Assembly (NCBI GenBank): GCA_023261755.1
Contig: JAGDXS010000026.1
Location: 22,015-86,014, forward strand
DNA from: Thermoplasmata archaeon
GTDB taxonomy: Archaea; Thermoplasmatota; Thermoplasmata; Thermoplasmatales; ARK-15
Length of the DNA stretch: 64,000 nucleotides
Reading direction: 5' to 3'
Below are positions 9,066 through 20,337 of the stretch, piece after piece; the stretch's first letter is position 1, and each line of letters opens with the position of its first letter. A program made the translations under genes and the position numbers. Below the pieces are notes generated by a model. It was not told the DNA's origin, did not search any database, and was given only the letters and a program-made list of their open reading frames with translations.

Positions 9066-11003
9066 TTAAAACTTTTGTAAATGTTCATAATTATTTATGT
9101 ATGTCCAATTGACTTGAAATACGTATACCCATTGTGATCCATTTGAAGTCGAGTTATAATAAACTTGTATAAAGGGTTCTTGGAAAAATTTATCAAAGGA
9201 TGCGTTACTCATTATTATAGGTGGATCATAGGATGGATGAGTTAATAGTTCATAACCATAGACACCATTGTAAAACATATTAGAATTAATTAGTACATAA
9301 CCCACCTTTGGGTATGTTCCATTTAAACCTTCTAGTTCATAGATCGCATCTGTCCAATTTGTGCAATTCCAGATCTTGTAAGTATATTCAAAAGTAGTGT
9401 TGAAACCAAAAGCTTCTAGGTAAAGCCCATCAACAGCATCTGTTGCAACTGAATAATTTTTATTTCCATATTTTTCTAACCAATTAATCCCTCCCATCAT
9501 GGCAGGTGTCACATAATTCTGTGATGTTTCGCTTACTTGATTAACAAATGGATAAGCTGTAACTATTGAAATAAGTACAGTCACAATTAGAATTGTTAAA
9601 AAAAGTGATCTTAAATTTCTAAATCCAGACGATTTTTTTATATATACTTTTCTTAATTGATTTGGAAGTGAAACAACAATAGGAGCTGCAAGCCTATTTT
9701 CTGCCCCAAGGACAGCCCCGTTAAAATTATTATAAGTTTGGGGATAAAAATAAACAATCTCCCTAGATTTTAATTTTGATGAATATTTAACAAAAGATTT
9801 GTAGAAAGAATAAACACCTATGGCACCGAAAATAGAGAATGGTTCAAAAATGTACTCAATATATCTGTATGGTATTAAAACACCATTCCATGTTATAAGA
9901 GAAAAGATCATTGACATAGAAAGGAAAAAGATCCAACCGCCTAGAATGATTTTAGCATTTTCAAAATGCCTTGAATCATTAACCCCTACTCCAATGAATC
10001 CTAGAGTGAGAATGAATGGAATTGAAAGTAACATACCATCAAGAGAAATTTTAATTCCATTAATACCTATTGTGATTAAAAGAACAAGAACTGTTAATGA
10101 AAGGAAAAGTGAAATAATATAATAATAAATGTTTTTTATATTCAATTTATTCGTTGTCATGAATAGTATAAAATATTTTTTAACATATTTTTCAGTATAA
10201 AATAAAAGGAATAATGCGAAATAAAATATTGCTATAACAAAATACCAAGGAAGTATTCTCAAAAATGCCTCTGTTATAAAATCGTACATTGAAGGAATGA
10301 ACATGAGCCAGTAAAGGAATGTTAATCCAGAAAATAATATTAAATAAATAATTTCAAATTTAAAATTTTTATAATCATTTTTCCAAATTTTTGTTAAATA
10401 AATTATTCCTATAATAGAAATAATATACATATATGTAGATAGATGATGAGATAATATCAATGCCACAGAGGAAAAAAACAAAGGTATGTAGAATTTTTTA
10501 TTTTCTCTTGTATAAATAAAGAAAAGTATGGAAAGTAACAGAAATAGGTGCCCAAAAACGAGAAGTCCAACCATAGAAGTTTCAAATACTTCCATGGGGT
10601 TTATTGCTAAAAATAATGCAGAAATAATACCTATAAATTCTGAATTAGTTAATTTTTTAGCTATAAGATAAATAATTGGAATTGTTAAACCAGCAAAAAC
10701 TGGCGTAGCGTGTAAAAGTAAATTTTGAATACTAATTCCAGTAACATCATGAAGGAATATCATTACCCAATAAAATAGAGGAAAATCCCCATATCCAGAT
10801 CCTCCCCATATTGAAGGTAAAGTTTTGAAGACTAACCCTAGGTTAACAAATGCAGTGGTAAGATCATAATAAATACCGAAATCAACGCCCCATATGGCAT
10901 ATCTGAATGAAGGTATAGATCTTAAAAAAATTGCTACTATTGTTATCAGAGAGACCAAAATCGCAACCTTCCAATTTACTTTTATATTGCTTTTAGAAAT
11001 CAT
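9066..11003 (-). CDS. Polytopic membrane protein of the GT-C type (PMT/STT3-like glycosyltransferase) with an extracellular C-terminal domain
   Basis: Many hydrophobic segments, a D-containing first loop (WGVDFGIYY), and a C-terminal domain rich in N-x-S/T sequons. Start moved to ATG 11003. Confidence 0.6.
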   Translation of the reverse strand: MISKSNIKVNWKVAILVSLITIVAIFLRSIPSFRYAIWGVDFGIYYDLTTAFVNLGLVFKTLPSIWGGSGYGDFPLFYWVMIFLHDVTGISIQNLLLHATPVFAGLTIPIIYLIAKKLTNSEFIGIISALFLAINPMEVFETSMVGLLVFGHLFLLLSILFFIYTRENKKFYIPLFFSSVALILSHHLSTYMYIISIIGIIYLTKIWKNDYKNFKFEIIYLILFSGLTFLYWLMFIPSMYDFITEAFLRILPWYFVIAIFYFALFLLFYTEKYVKKYFILFMTTNKLNIKNIYYYIISLFLSLTVLVLLITIGINGIKISLDGMLLSIPFILTLGFIGVGVNDSRHFENAKIILGGWIFFLSMSMIFSLITWNGVLIPYRYIEYIFEPFSIFGAIGVYSFYKSFVKYSSKLKSREIVYFYPQTYNNFNGAVLGAENRLAAPIVVSLPNQLRKVYIKKSSGFRNLRSLFLTILIVTVLISIVTAYPFVNQVSETSQNYVTPAMMGGINWLEKYGNKNYSVATDAVDGLYLEAFGFNTTFEYTYKIWNCTNWTDAIYELEGLNGTYPKVGYVLINSNMFYNGVYGYELLTHPSYDPPIIMSNASFDKFFQEPFIQVYYNSTSNGSQWVYVFQVNWTYINNYEHLQKF

Positions 11004-11100
11004 GAATTTTAAAACTATTATGGATATAAATATCTTAAATTTTTCTAACAATTTAACCAATTTCGTTATTATTAAATACAAAAAAGGTATTTCAGAAATA

Positions 11101-11742
11101 ATGTTTAATATACCTGTTTTCCTTGCAGCAATGGGAATAACCTTACTTGAAATTTCTGAGGCATCAGCTGTAGGTTTGGCACTCTATGCCGAAGGCGGTT
11201 CAAAGGCATTTATTTATGTTGGTTTGGGTATAGCAATGGTTTTAGTCATTACTTTTTTAATAGGAAGTGAAATTTCTTTATTACCAATATTATTTGTAAG
11301 GATTGTCGCAGGATTTTTGCTTTTATACTTCGGTTTAAGATTAGTGAGAAGTGCAAGGAGATCTGTATTAAGGGTTAGAAAGGGTAATACAGGCGGGGAT
11401 GAAAGTCTAGAAAAGGGTCTTTTTTACACTGGTTTTTCTGTGGGCGCAATAGAAGCATTTGAAGCTGCTATTGTTTTAATAGCATTAATTCCTATTGATT
11501 ACACATCTACATTGATCGGTCTTTTTATTGGTTTAATAATTGTAATTATTGCTACAATTGTTCTAAGAACTCAGATAAGGAAGGTTAAGCAAGCAAATAT
11601 GAAAGTAGCTGTATCAGCTTTATTACTTTCATTTTCTCTCTTCTGGATTTTAGAGGCTTTTGTCAATATATCTGATCTTTATCTCATTCTTTTCTTTGCG
11701 ATATTTTTCTTAATAGTATATGCATTTGCACACAGGAAATAA
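11101..11742 (+). CDS. Membrane protein with a duplicated ExxEA motif (COG4280/FTR1-like; possible metal transporter)
   Basis: LLEISEASAVG and AIEAFEAAIVL in two halves, about 6-7 TM helices. The real start is 11101; the track extension overlaps the antisense gene. Confidence 0.6.
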   Translation: MFNIPVFLAAMGITLLEISEASAVGLALYAEGGSKAFIYVGLGIAMVLVITFLIGSEISLLPILFVRIVAGFLLLYFGLRLVRSARRSVLRVRKGNTGGDESLEKGLFYTGFSVGAIEAFEAAIVLIALIPIDYTSTLIGLFIGLIIVIIATIVLRTQIRKVKQANMKVAVSALLLSFSLFWILEAFVNISDLYLILFFAIFFLIVYAFAHRK

Positions 11743-11804
11743 AATTAAAATTTTCAATTTTATTTGGAAAGGATTAAATACAGTTGATTCTATATCACCT
11801 TGTT

Positions 11805-13307
11805 ATGAATGGAAATTTGGTAAGTTCACCTTATCCTGTGGAAATAGAAAAATTTCTATCGGCAAGATATGGATCATCATTAATTATAAAAGGAAGTCCG
11901 GGAGCAGGTAAAACTACATTAGCTCTGCAAATTCTCGAAAATTTAAGTAATAAATATAAAGTTATTTACTTTTCAACCAGAGTAGGCGATGAAAGTTTAT
12001 ATCAACAATTTCCATGGTTGAGGAATCTAGAGAAAAATATAAAAATGTTGATTGCATCAAAACTTTTTCTTGAGGAAATAACTAAGAAGGTACAAGTTGA
12101 AGAAAAGCCAATAAAAGATTATGGAAAAAAATTATTGCAGGAAATGACAGGGGAAAAGACACCGCAAGTATATAGAAGCATGCTAAATTTTTATTTTAAA
12201 GACACTTCTTCACCAGAAATTAAAAAGTTATACGATGATGTTGAAACAAATCTCCCAAAAAAAAGTCTCATAGTTGTTGATTCTGTTGAAGGAATTACAT
12301 CTAAATACGGTATATCTGAACAGAATTTTGTTTACATGTTACAAAAGGATATTGTAGAGGGTGCTAATGCAAGCATTATATTCATTTCAGAGAAAGAAAA
12401 TCTTGGACCGGAGGATTATGTGGTGGATGGTGTCATTTATCAGAGGCATAACATAGATGAAGGCAAAAGGATAAGGATAATCACCTTAAATAAGCTCAGA
12501 GGTATTGAAATTGGACAGTCTAGTTTTGCTTACACTCTTGAAAATGGAAGATTTAGAGTATTTTATCCTGAAAATTATTATTATGAGAATATGAAGTTTG
12601 TTGAATCAAAAAATGTTGGTAATAGGTACAAAACTGGTATAGAGGATTTTGATGGTCTTCTTGGTGGGGGTCTCTATCCAGGTTCATTTTTCACCTTAGA
12701 AATAGATAAGGAAATTTCCCAGGATGAATTAAAATTATTTTTGAGGCCGATTGGTCTTAATTTCCTTTTAAATAATATTGGAATATTGATGATTCCTCCA
12801 GGAGGCTGGTCGGTGGAAAAACTTAAGCAGGATCTTACTAGATTTATACCTTTAGAATTATTTGAAGAAAAGTTGAGATATATTGATTATTTAACTCAGG
12901 AATCAAAATCTAAATATCTCGTTGCAGCAGGTGGTACAGATTATGATGCTATAAATCAAAGATTATTCAGAGCCATGCTGGATCTTACAGGAATAGAAAA
13001 TAAACCTATTTTACATTTTATAGGAATGGATACGCTTGAATATGTTAAGGGAACAGAATCTGCTATAAAAGAGATTTTTAACATGTCACAGGCAATAAAA
13101 TCTTCAAATGATGTTGGAATTTCAGCAGTTAGGACAGGGCAAATCTTAAAGGATGAAATAATAAACATTTCAGATTATTACGTTAAATTAGTTTCAATAA
13201 ACAATGTACCTTTTATTTATGGAATTAAGCCAAGAACGATATACTATGCTCTTGAAGTTGATCTTCAAAAAGGATTTCCAAATATTAAACTTTCACCAAT
13301 GGTATAA
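11805..13307 (+). CDS. GvpD-like / KaiC-RAD55 family double-domain P-loop ATPase
   Basis: KGSPGAGKTT, YFSTRV, IVVDSVE, YVVDGVI, LNKLRG; second RecA-like domain (TGIEDFDGLLGGG) has no Walker A. Confidence 0.75.
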   Translation: MNGNLVSSPYPVEIEKFLSARYGSSLIIKGSPGAGKTTLALQILENLSNKYKVIYFSTRVGDESLYQQFPWLRNLEKNIKMLIASKLFLEEITKKVQVEEKPIKDYGKKLLQEMTGEKTPQVYRSMLNFYFKDTSSPEIKKLYDDVETNLPKKSLIVVDSVEGITSKYGISEQNFVYMLQKDIVEGANASIIFISEKENLGPEDYVVDGVIYQRHNIDEGKRIRIITLNKLRGIEIGQSSFAYTLENGRFRVFYPENYYYENMKFVESKNVGNRYKTGIEDFDGLLGGGLYPGSFFTLEIDKEISQDELKLFLRPIGLNFLLNNIGILMIPPGGWSVEKLKQDLTRFIPLELFEEKLRYIDYLTQESKSKYLVAAGGTDYDAINQRLFRAMLDLTGIENKPILHFIGMDTLEYVKGTESAIKEIFNMSQAIKSSNDVGISAVRTGQILKDEIINISDYYVKLVSINNVPFIYGIKPRTIYYALEVDLQKGFPNIKLSPMV

Positions 13308-13312
13308 AAAAA

Positions 13313-14206
13313 TTATTGTGGATGCTCATACTGAGCCCACCAATCATCCACCATTTTTTGTATTTCCTTTATTTTCTCTGGCTCTGAGAATAGATGTCTA
13401 AACCTTCCCTGAGGCTTAAGATATTCTTCAACAGGTTTTCTTTGTTTAGGCATATAGGTAATTTTCCTATGCCCAAAATCACCATTTTCTATTTCCCATA
13501 ATGGAAATATTCCCGTTTCAGTTGCCAATCTCATAATTTCTATTGTTTTGCTAGGATCGTGCCTCCATCCCGTTGTGCAGCTCGATATTGTATGGATGAA
13601 TTTAGGTCCTTTAATGCTCAGTGCCTTCTGTACTTTTGCTTTGAAGTCAGGTAGAAATGCAGGATTTGCTGTGGCAACATAGGGTATCTTATGTGCAGCC
13701 ATTATATCTGCAATTGGTTTTTTAAACTCTTCTTTTCCTAAAGGTTTTGATGGTCCAACTTGAGATGTTGTTGTCCAGGCCCCAAAAGGTGTTGATGATG
13801 ATCTCTGAATACCTGTGTTCATATACGCTTCATTATCGTATAGGACATATAGAACATCATGGCCCCTTTCAGCCATACCACTTAAGCTCTGTATACCTAT
13901 ATCGGATGTACCTCCATCTCCTCCAAATACAATTATATTTGTCCCTTCCTTCTTACCCATGGCCTTCAATGCAGCTTCTATGCCACTTGCTGTAGCAGAA
14001 GCATTTTCAAATGCCACATGTATCCAGGGTAATCTCCAGGCAGAGTGTGGATAGGGCGTAGAGAAAACCTCAAGGCATCCTGTAGCATTTACTACTATTG
14101 TATTAGGCCCTGCCAGTTTTAATACCCATTTAACTATAATAGGGGCAGCACAACCGGCGCAAGCCCTGTGACCAGGAGCAAAGAATTCCATATCTTCATA
14201 GTTCAT
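13313..14206 (-). CDS. porB: Pyruvate/2-oxoacid:ferredoxin oxidoreductase beta subunit
   Basis: [41 protein letters not shown]. Confidence 0.93.
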   Translation of the reverse strand: MNYEDMEFFAPGHRACAGCAAPIIVKWVLKLAGPNTIVVNATGCLEVFSTPYPHSAWRLPWIHVAFENASATASGIEAALKAMGKKEGTNIIVFGGDGGTSDIGIQSLSGMAERGHDVLYVLYDNEAYMNTGIQRSSSTPFGAWTTTSQVGPSKPLGKEEFKKPIADIMAAHKIPYVATANPAFLPDFKAKVQKALSIKGPKFIHTISSCTTGWRHDPSKTIEIMRLATETGIFPLWEIENGDFGHRKITYMPKQRKPVEEYLKPQGRFRHLFSEPEKIKEIQKMVDDWWAQYEHPQ

Positions 14207-15402
14207 AAGGATCCCTCCACTTCTTTAACAGATTCTTCATCAACATCTATCCATTGAACTTCCTCAAATTTACCTCTCATCGCTTTCTTAGATCTTTTGT
14301 ATATTTCCTCATAATTTTCTACCCTTATATCTCTTCCTCCAAGACCTAGTATGAAATCTATGATCTTAGGTCTATTTTTAACATTGGTGAATGAGGCAGC
14401 AACCTCTGTAAATATTGCTCCTGCAAAACCAGGAGAAATATTTCTATCAACAACTGCTATGACCTTTGCATTTTTTGTAATCTCTATTATTTCATCCTTA
14501 GGGAATGGCCTGAAAACTGTTATTTTTACAAGACCTACTTTTTCACCTTCCTCTCTTAATTTTCTGACAGTTTCCCTCGCTGTTCCAGTCATAGATCCCA
14601 TAGTAATGAATAATATATCTGCATCCTCAACCTGGAATCCAGATACCTTTGAATAACCTCTACCAAATATTTTATTAAATTGCTCGAAAGCATCATCTAT
14701 TACCTTTTTAGCATGTTCCATCGCTATATACTGTGAATATCTGAACTCCATATAATGCTCAGGAAATACGAATGCACCAAATGTAGCAGGTTTGCTAGGA
14801 TCCAAAACAGGGTAGTTAATTTCCTTTTCACCAAGAAACGCATCTACATCCTTTTGTTCAGGAACATTAACAGGTTCCATAGTATGTGTAAGAACAAATG
14901 CATCCATGCCCATTAATGCGGGTAATAACACATTCTCATTTTCTGAAACCTTAAAAGCTATAATAGTCAAATCAAGGGCTTCTTGATTAGTTTCAGCATA
15001 GAAATGTATCCATCCAGAATCCCTTACCATCATTGTGTCCTGCTGATCTGCCCAGATATTAACGGGCGCTGCTAGTGCTCTGTTACCTATAGCCATAACA
15101 ATGGGCAATCTCATACCACTTGCTATGTAAAGAATCTCATTCATGAAAGCCAAACCCTGGCTTGCTGTGGCAGTCATTGTTCTTACACCAGTTGCTGCAG
15201 CGCCAATAGCAGCTGATAGTGCTGAATGTTCACTTTCAACAGGAAGGAATTCTGCATCCATTTCTCCATTTGCAATTAACTCTGAAACTTTTTCAGGAAA
15301 AACTGTTGAAGGTGTGATCGGATATGCTGGAACTACCTTAACCCTAGCAAGCTTCGCAGCATATGCTGTACTTTCATTTCCCTTTAACATCATCATTGGC
15401 AT
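14203..15402 (-). CDS. porA: Pyruvate/2-oxoacid:ferredoxin oxidoreductase alpha subunit
   Basis: [27 protein letters not shown]. Confidence 0.93.
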   Translation of the reverse strand: MPMMMLKGNESTAYAAKLARVKVVPAYPITPSTVFPEKVSELIANGEMDAEFLPVESEHSALSAAIGAAATGVRTMTATASQGLAFMNEILYIASGMRLPIVMAIGNRALAAPVNIWADQQDTMMVRDSGWIHFYAETNQEALDLTIIAFKVSENENVLLPALMGMDAFVLTHTMEPVNVPEQKDVDAFLGEKEINYPVLDPSKPATFGAFVFPEHYMEFRYSQYIAMEHAKKVIDDAFEQFNKIFGRGYSKVSGFQVEDADILFITMGSMTGTARETVRKLREEGEKVGLVKITVFRPFPKDEIIEITKNAKVIAVVDRNISPGFAGAIFTEVAASFTNVKNRPKIIDFILGLGGRDIRVENYEEIYKRSKKAMRGKFEEVQWIDVDEESVKEVEGSL

Positions 15403-15403
15403 T

Positions 15404-15706
15404 TTACTTCTCCTCCCTCACAAAGTCTATTGCTTTTGTTGGACATTCATTTACACATATGCCACATCCCTTGCAATATTGATAGTTTATTACGGGCACA
15501 GGCATTTTTATCAATTTTTGATTAGCTACAGGATATTCCTCTCCAGGTTTTTTCTCAATAGCCGGTTCTGGACAATAGTTCCAGCATATCATGCATCTAA
15601 TACATTTTTCATATCTAATTTCAGGTCTGAATGTTCTCCATGAACCTGTTTCTTCCAATGCTGTGCTTCCAGGTTCGCTAATTACAACACCCTTAGTAAT
15701 TTTCAT
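15404..15706 (-). CDS. porD: Pyruvate/2-oxoacid:ferredoxin oxidoreductase delta subunit (2x4Fe-4S)
   Basis: TGSWRTFRP, CIRCMICWNYCPE, YCKGCGICVNECP. Confidence 0.93.
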   Translation of the reverse strand: MKITKGVVISEPGSTALEETGSWRTFRPEIRYEKCIRCMICWNYCPEPAIEKKPGEEYPVANQKLIKMPVPVINYQYCKGCGICVNECPTKAIDFVREEK

Positions 15707-15711
15707 TTTTA

Positions 15712-16263
15712 TCACCAACCCAATATTGTTCTATTATAAGATTCATAAGCCGCTTTAGCATTATCTTCTGCCCTTGATGGGGCACTTGATTTTATGGCCT
15801 CAAGAACACTTTCTATTTTTACATTTCCAACAGCCTTAGCATATGCACCCAATATGGCTGTATTTACTATTGGTGCAGATTTTGATCCTAGGCCGAAACC
15901 AACAGCTACTTCTGTTGCATCCACTACAGCTATCTTATAATCCTTAAAATTGAAGTCTTGAGGCTTTTTTTGTGTATTCAATATTAAATATCCACCCTTT
16001 TTGAGACCCTTTAAAACATCTATTTTACTCATCAATGAAGTGTCAAGAACCACAACCGCATCTGGGTTATATATATACATTTTAATATCAATTTTTTTGT
16101 TATCTATTCTAGTATATGCCTCAACAGGTGCACCTCTTCTTTCAACACCAAAGAATGGAAAAGACTGAACATCGTTACCTTCTAAAAATGCAGCAGTGGC
16201 CAGAATGTTAGCTGCAGTTACTGCTCCTTGTCCACCTCTACCATGAAACCTTATTTCAAACAT
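15712..16263 (-). CDS. porG: Pyruvate/2-oxoacid:ferredoxin oxidoreductase gamma subunit
   Basis: [28 protein letters not shown]. Confidence 0.93.
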   Translation of the reverse strand: MFEIRFHGRGGQGAVTAANILATAAFLEGNDVQSFPFFGVERRGAPVEAYTRIDNKKIDIKMYIYNPDAVVVLDTSLMSKIDVLKGLKKGGYLILNTQKKPQDFNFKDYKIAVVDATEVAVGFGLGSKSAPIVNTAILGAYAKAVGNVKIESVLEAIKSSAPSRAEDNAKAAYESYNRTILGW

Positions 16264-16348
16264 AAAAGGTGAAATTACAATTAAGGAAATAAATGTTTTT
16301 AATCCATAAAAAGAAAATACTTTATTAATAGTTGTTATACAGTTATAT

Positions 16349-17593
16349 ATGAAGGACTATTTCACCATGGAGGATTTTGATTTAAAGGGAAAAAGGGTAC
16401 TTCTCAGGCTTGATTTGAACTCTCCTATAAATACTGAAACAGGTGAAATAACAGATATTTCAAGATTCATAGCTCATCTGGATACACTAAAAAATTTAAG
16501 GGAATCAAAAGTTGTTATTCTTGCGCATCAATCCAGACCAGGAAAGAAAGATTTTACATCAACAAAAAAGCATGCTGAAATATTATCTAAATTGTTAAGA
16601 AAACCAGTGCTACATTTAGATGGTCTTTTTGAATCTTTCGTAATAGATAAAATAAAACAGATGAAGGATGGTGATATAATATTTCTTGAGAATACAAGAT
16701 TTTATTCAGAGGATGTTGTTTTAGCAGAAGAACCTTTATCAGTGCAGAAAAGATCCCATATAGTTAAGAAATTGGCACCATTGTTTGATTATTTTATAAA
16801 CGATGCATTTGCTGCTGTACACAGACCACAAACAACACTCGTAGGCTTTTCTGAAGAAATGCCAAATTTGGCAGGCATTCTAATGGATAGGGAAATATCT
16901 ATGCTATCAAAATTCCTTGTAGATGATTCAAGGCCTAAAATTGCTGTTCTTGCTGGTGCTAAGGTTGATGATTCATTAAAAGTGGCCAAAAATTTTTTGG
17001 ACAAAAATATTGTTGATAAAATCATTACAGGCGGATTGGTTGCCAATTTGTTCCTTCTGGCAAAGAACATTGACTTAGGTGTAACAAATGTTGAATTTCT
17101 TAACAGGGAGCTCGGGGATATAAAACCTTTATTAGAAATATGTAATTACCTCCTTAGTAAGTATGAAGATAAGATTGAATTACCTTTGGATCTGGCAATA
17201 AATAAAAATGACAAGAGAGAAGAGATTTCAATAGATAATTTACCTATAGAACATTCAATTATGGATATTGGATTTAATACAATAGAAAAATACAAAGGAA
17301 TTTTAAACGGAGCAAAAGCAGTAATACTTAACGGTCCAATGGGTGTTTATGAAATTGAGGATTTTGCATTGGGAACTATTGAAATATTTTCAGCCATAGC
17401 AGATCTAAATGCATTTAAGGTAGCAGGTGGCGGTCATACAATATCTGCAATTGCCAGAATGGATCTTAATAAAAAATTTACCCATGTGAGTGTTGGCGGG
17501 GGAGCATTGATAAACTTTTTATCCGGTGAGCCTATGCCTGTAATAGACGCTTTAAAAATTTCAAAGAAAAAATTCACGGAGGTAAAATTATGA
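16349..17593 (+). CDS. pgk: Phosphoglycerate kinase
   Basis: [45 protein letters not shown]. Confidence 0.97.
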   Translation: MKDYFTMEDFDLKGKRVLLRLDLNSPINTETGEITDISRFIAHLDTLKNLRESKVVILAHQSRPGKKDFTSTKKHAEILSKLLRKPVLHLDGLFESFVIDKIKQMKDGDIIFLENTRFYSEDVVLAEEPLSVQKRSHIVKKLAPLFDYFINDAFAAVHRPQTTLVGFSEEMPNLAGILMDREISMLSKFLVDDSRPKIAVLAGAKVDDSLKVAKNFLDKNIVDKIITGGLVANLFLLAKNIDLGVTNVEFLNRELGDIKPLLEICNYLLSKYEDKIELPLDLAINKNDKREEISIDNLPIEHSIMDIGFNTIEKYKGILNGAKAVILNGPMGVYEIEDFALGTIEIFSAIADLNAFKVAGGGHTISAIARMDLNKKFTHVSVGGGALINFLSGEPMPVIDALKISKKKFTEVKL

Positions 17594-17835
17594 AGATATA
17601 CAAAGTATTGGGTTCAATAAAAAGGAACAATAAGTGGGAAAGTATAGGAAAAGAGATAGCTGCAAAAAGTAAGGAAGATGCAATAGATGAATTTTATGCT
17701 CTTCTTGGTAGTACATACGGAAAAAAGAGAAGGGAAATTAAGATTGAAGATGCTTATTCAATTCCATTAAAGGAAGCTATGGATCCAAGGGCTAGAGTCA
17801 AAGTAAGAAAGCATGGTGAAGATCATGGAGAATGA
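17590..17835 (+). CDS. rplX: 50S ribosomal protein LX (eL20/L18Ae)
   Basis: K.YKV.G, 'YALLGSTYGKKRREIKIE'; canonical position upstream of pfdA-ftsY. Confidence 0.85.
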   Translation: MKIYKVLGSIKRNNKWESIGKEIAAKSKEDAIDEFYALLGSTYGKKRREIKIEDAYSIPLKEAMDPRARVKVRKHGEDHGE

Positions 17836-18262
17836 AAATGCTCTGGAAAATCTTCTAGCAACAGCAGATGTTTTAAAAAAGCATATTGAAAATTTAAATT
17901 TACAAATTCAATTTTTAAGGGAGCAGAAAGAGGAGCATTATAATGCAAAATTGACACTGGAAAATTATTTAAAACTAGAAAATGAGGAAATATTGATGGA
18001 TATTGGCGCAAATACTTTTGTTTACTGTAAGGTAAGTGATAAGAAAAGGGCCATGATATCTATAGGCTCAAATATAATATTGGAACATGATATACCTAAG
18101 GCAATTCAAACATTAGAATCTAGAATCAAGGATCTTGAAGAAGCAGAAAAAAAATTTATTCAGGAAGCAGATAAGGCCCAGGCTCAATATGCTGCAATAG
18201 AGAAAAGAGTAGAAGAAATATATAATTCATACAAGGGAAAGGGAAATGTTCAACCGCCTTAA
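17825..18262 (+). CDS. pfdA: Prefoldin alpha subunit
   Basis: Coiled-coil/beta-hairpin pattern (ILMDIGANTFV...ISIGSNIILE); synteny with ftsY. Confidence 0.9.
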   Translation: MENENALENLLATADVLKKHIENLNLQIQFLREQKEEHYNAKLTLENYLKLENEEILMDIGANTFVYCKVSDKKRAMISIGSNIILEHDIPKAIQTLESRIKDLEEAEKKFIQEADKAQAQYAAIEKRVEEIYNSYKGKGNVQPP

Positions 18263-19190
18263 AGAAAAATTCTCCATATTTAAGAAAAAAGTTTCTGATG
18301 AAATAAAGGAAGAAGGTTTAATCGAAGGTTTTGGAAAAAAATTAAATGAAAAAAGATTGAATGAAATTTTAGATGAATTTGAAATTTCTCTTCTTGAAAA
18401 TGATGTTGCATATGATGTTGCAGAGGAAATAAGAAATAAAATAAAGGAAAATATTTTAGGTAAAAAAATAAAATGGGGTCAGGATATAGATAAAGTGGTT
18501 GAAGATATATTTAAAAAAACAATATATGATATTCTTAACATTGAATCAAAAGATCTTATTGCCATTGTAAATGAATCTGAAAAACCCTATGTGATAATGT
18601 TTCTAGGAATTAATGGAACAGGAAAGACCACAACAATAGCTAAAATAGCTAATCTATTTATTAAAAATAATTATTCAGTTGTAATTGCTGCAAGTGATAC
18701 ATTTAGAGCAGGTGCGATAGATCAGCTAGAGTACCATGCCAATAATCTTCAAATTACATTAATAAAGCATCAGCCAGGGAGTGATCCTGCAAGTGTAGCA
18801 TTCGATGCTATTTCCCATGCTAAGGCAAGGGGTAAGCATGTTGTACTTATAGATACCGCTGGTAGAATGCAAACAAATAAAAATCTTATGGAAGAAATGA
18901 AAAAAATAAAAAGAGTGGCTAAACCAAACCTTGTCATTTTTGTGGGTGATTCACTCGCAGGTAATGATATAATTTCCCAGGCTATTACATTCGACAAAGA
19001 AGTTGGATTTGATGCAGTAATTCTTTGTAAAGTAGATGCAGATGCAAAAGGTGGATCTGCAATAAGCATTGCCCATGTATTAAAAAAGCCAATTATCTAT
19101 TTAGGTACAGGCCAGGGTTATGATGATCTTGTTAAATTTACCCCAGAATTCATAATTGAAAAATTATTCTCTAAAGATAATGGATCTTGA
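18246..19190 (+). CDS. ftsY: SRP receptor FtsY
   Basis: GINGTGKTTT, DTFRAGA, DTAGRM, KVDADAKGG, GTGQGY. Confidence 0.97.
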   Translation: MFNRLKEKFSIFKKKVSDEIKEEGLIEGFGKKLNEKRLNEILDEFEISLLENDVAYDVAEEIRNKIKENILGKKIKWGQDIDKVVEDIFKKTIYDILNIESKDLIAIVNESEKPYVIMFLGINGTGKTTTIAKIANLFIKNNYSVVIAASDTFRAGAIDQLEYHANNLQITLIKHQPGSDPASVAFDAISHAKARGKHVVLIDTAGRMQTNKNLMEEMKKIKRVAKPNLVIFVGDSLAGNDIISQAITFDKEVGFDAVILCKVDADAKGGSAISIAHVLKKPIIYLGTGQGYDDLVKFTPEFIIEKLFSKDNGS

Positions 19191-20337
19191 ATCTTTTTCT
19201 GAATGAAATTACCTCTTCTGAAACATTTTTCTTTAAACTCTGAATAATAAGATCTGCAAGTTTATTAATATCCTTTTTACCGAAACCAAGCCTAGATATT
19301 TCATTTGTACCCATTCTACCAACACAATCAATTATTAATCTTGATCTTTCCAATTTTTTACAGACTTCTGGATTTTTTATAAATATTTGGTGAGAATTTG
19401 TATATTTTCCATTGAAGGATTTAATTCCAAAGTTCATTTCATCAAGTACCCTAGCTAAAGTTTCAGAATTTTCTATTACCTTTTTTGAATAATTTTCAGC
19501 ATGTCTTTTCATTTCTTCCATAGCTTGAGCTAAAGCTGCTACCCTGTTTAGATGATAATTGTCCATAGTTCTCCATACAATATTTTTCTCTATATTTGAG
19601 AAAATTTCATCATTGTTTGTAAGCAATATACCTCCCTGTGGTCCAAAGAAACTCTTATGCGTGGAACCAAAAACAAGATCAGTGCGATCAAAAATATCAC
19701 TCTGAAAATTTTTGCCTGCAACGAGGCCCATAACATGGGAAGCATCGTATATTAATGTAAATGAAAATTTTTCTGAAATTTCATTTATTAATTTTAAATT
19801 GTATGGAAAAAGAATATAGCTTGCCCCTAGTATAACAGTATTTGGCCTAAATTTTTTTACACTCTCTTCAAATTTTTCATAATCTATGTTCCAGTTCTTT
19901 TGATCAAATGGAATCTTTGCATAATTTAAAGAAAGGATATCTGGTAGGTAATTTGATGAATATCCATCATATCCACCAAATTCTGGATCGATGGCCATTA
20001 TTTTACCATTCTTTTTAGTTGTAGATAACAATGCTATCATGGCCGAGATATGACCTGATAGAGGTCTAATTTCAGCATATTTCGTATTAAAAATAAATTT
20101 TGCAATTTTTTCTCCATATTCAAGAATTGAATCGAAATATTTGGTACCGCCATAGGCATTTTTAACTTTTATACCATGAACTTCAGAATTCATGGAAAGT
20201 GAATACCTAGATGCAAGATCAGATCCAAGAATAATCTTTACCTTATCACTTAATATATTTTCACTAGGTAACAAATTAATTGAGTTATCCCTATAAATGT
20301 TATGCTTTTCAACTAAATTAATAATTTTATTTTTCAT
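19171..20337 (-). CDS. glyA: Serine hydroxymethyltransferase (archaeal type)
   Basis: LLPSEN, YDASHVMGLVAG, GSTHKSFFGPQGG (PLP lysine). Confidence 0.88.
   Translation of the reverse strand: MKNKIINLVEKHNIYRDNSINLLPSENILSDKVKIILGSDLASRYSLSMNSEVHGIKVKNAYGGTKYFDSILEYGEKIAKFIFNTKYAEIRPLSGHISAMIALLSTTKKNGKIMAIDPEFGGYDGYSSNYLPDILSLNYAKIPFDQKNWNIDYEKFEESVKKFRPNTVILGASYILFPYNLKLINEISEKFSFTLIYDASHVMGLVAGKNFQSDIFDRTDLVFGSTHKSFFGPQGGILLTNNDEIFSNIEKNIVWRTMDNYHLNRVAALAQAMEEMKRHAENYSKKVIENSETLARVLDEMNFGIKSFNGKYTNSHQIFIKNPEVCKKLERSRLIIDCVGRMGTNEISRLGFGKKDINKLADLIIQSLKKNVSEEVISFRKRFKIHYL

Noticed and set aside
11784-13307. Gas vesicle gene cluster
   Set aside because: Only the GvpD-like ATPase is present; there are no gvpA/J/M/L/F-type small genes nearby.
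16264-16290. Stray GGTGA SD-like motifs on the non-coding strand (also ~11792-11800)
   Set aside because: No start codon follows at a usable spacing, and the frames close quickly.
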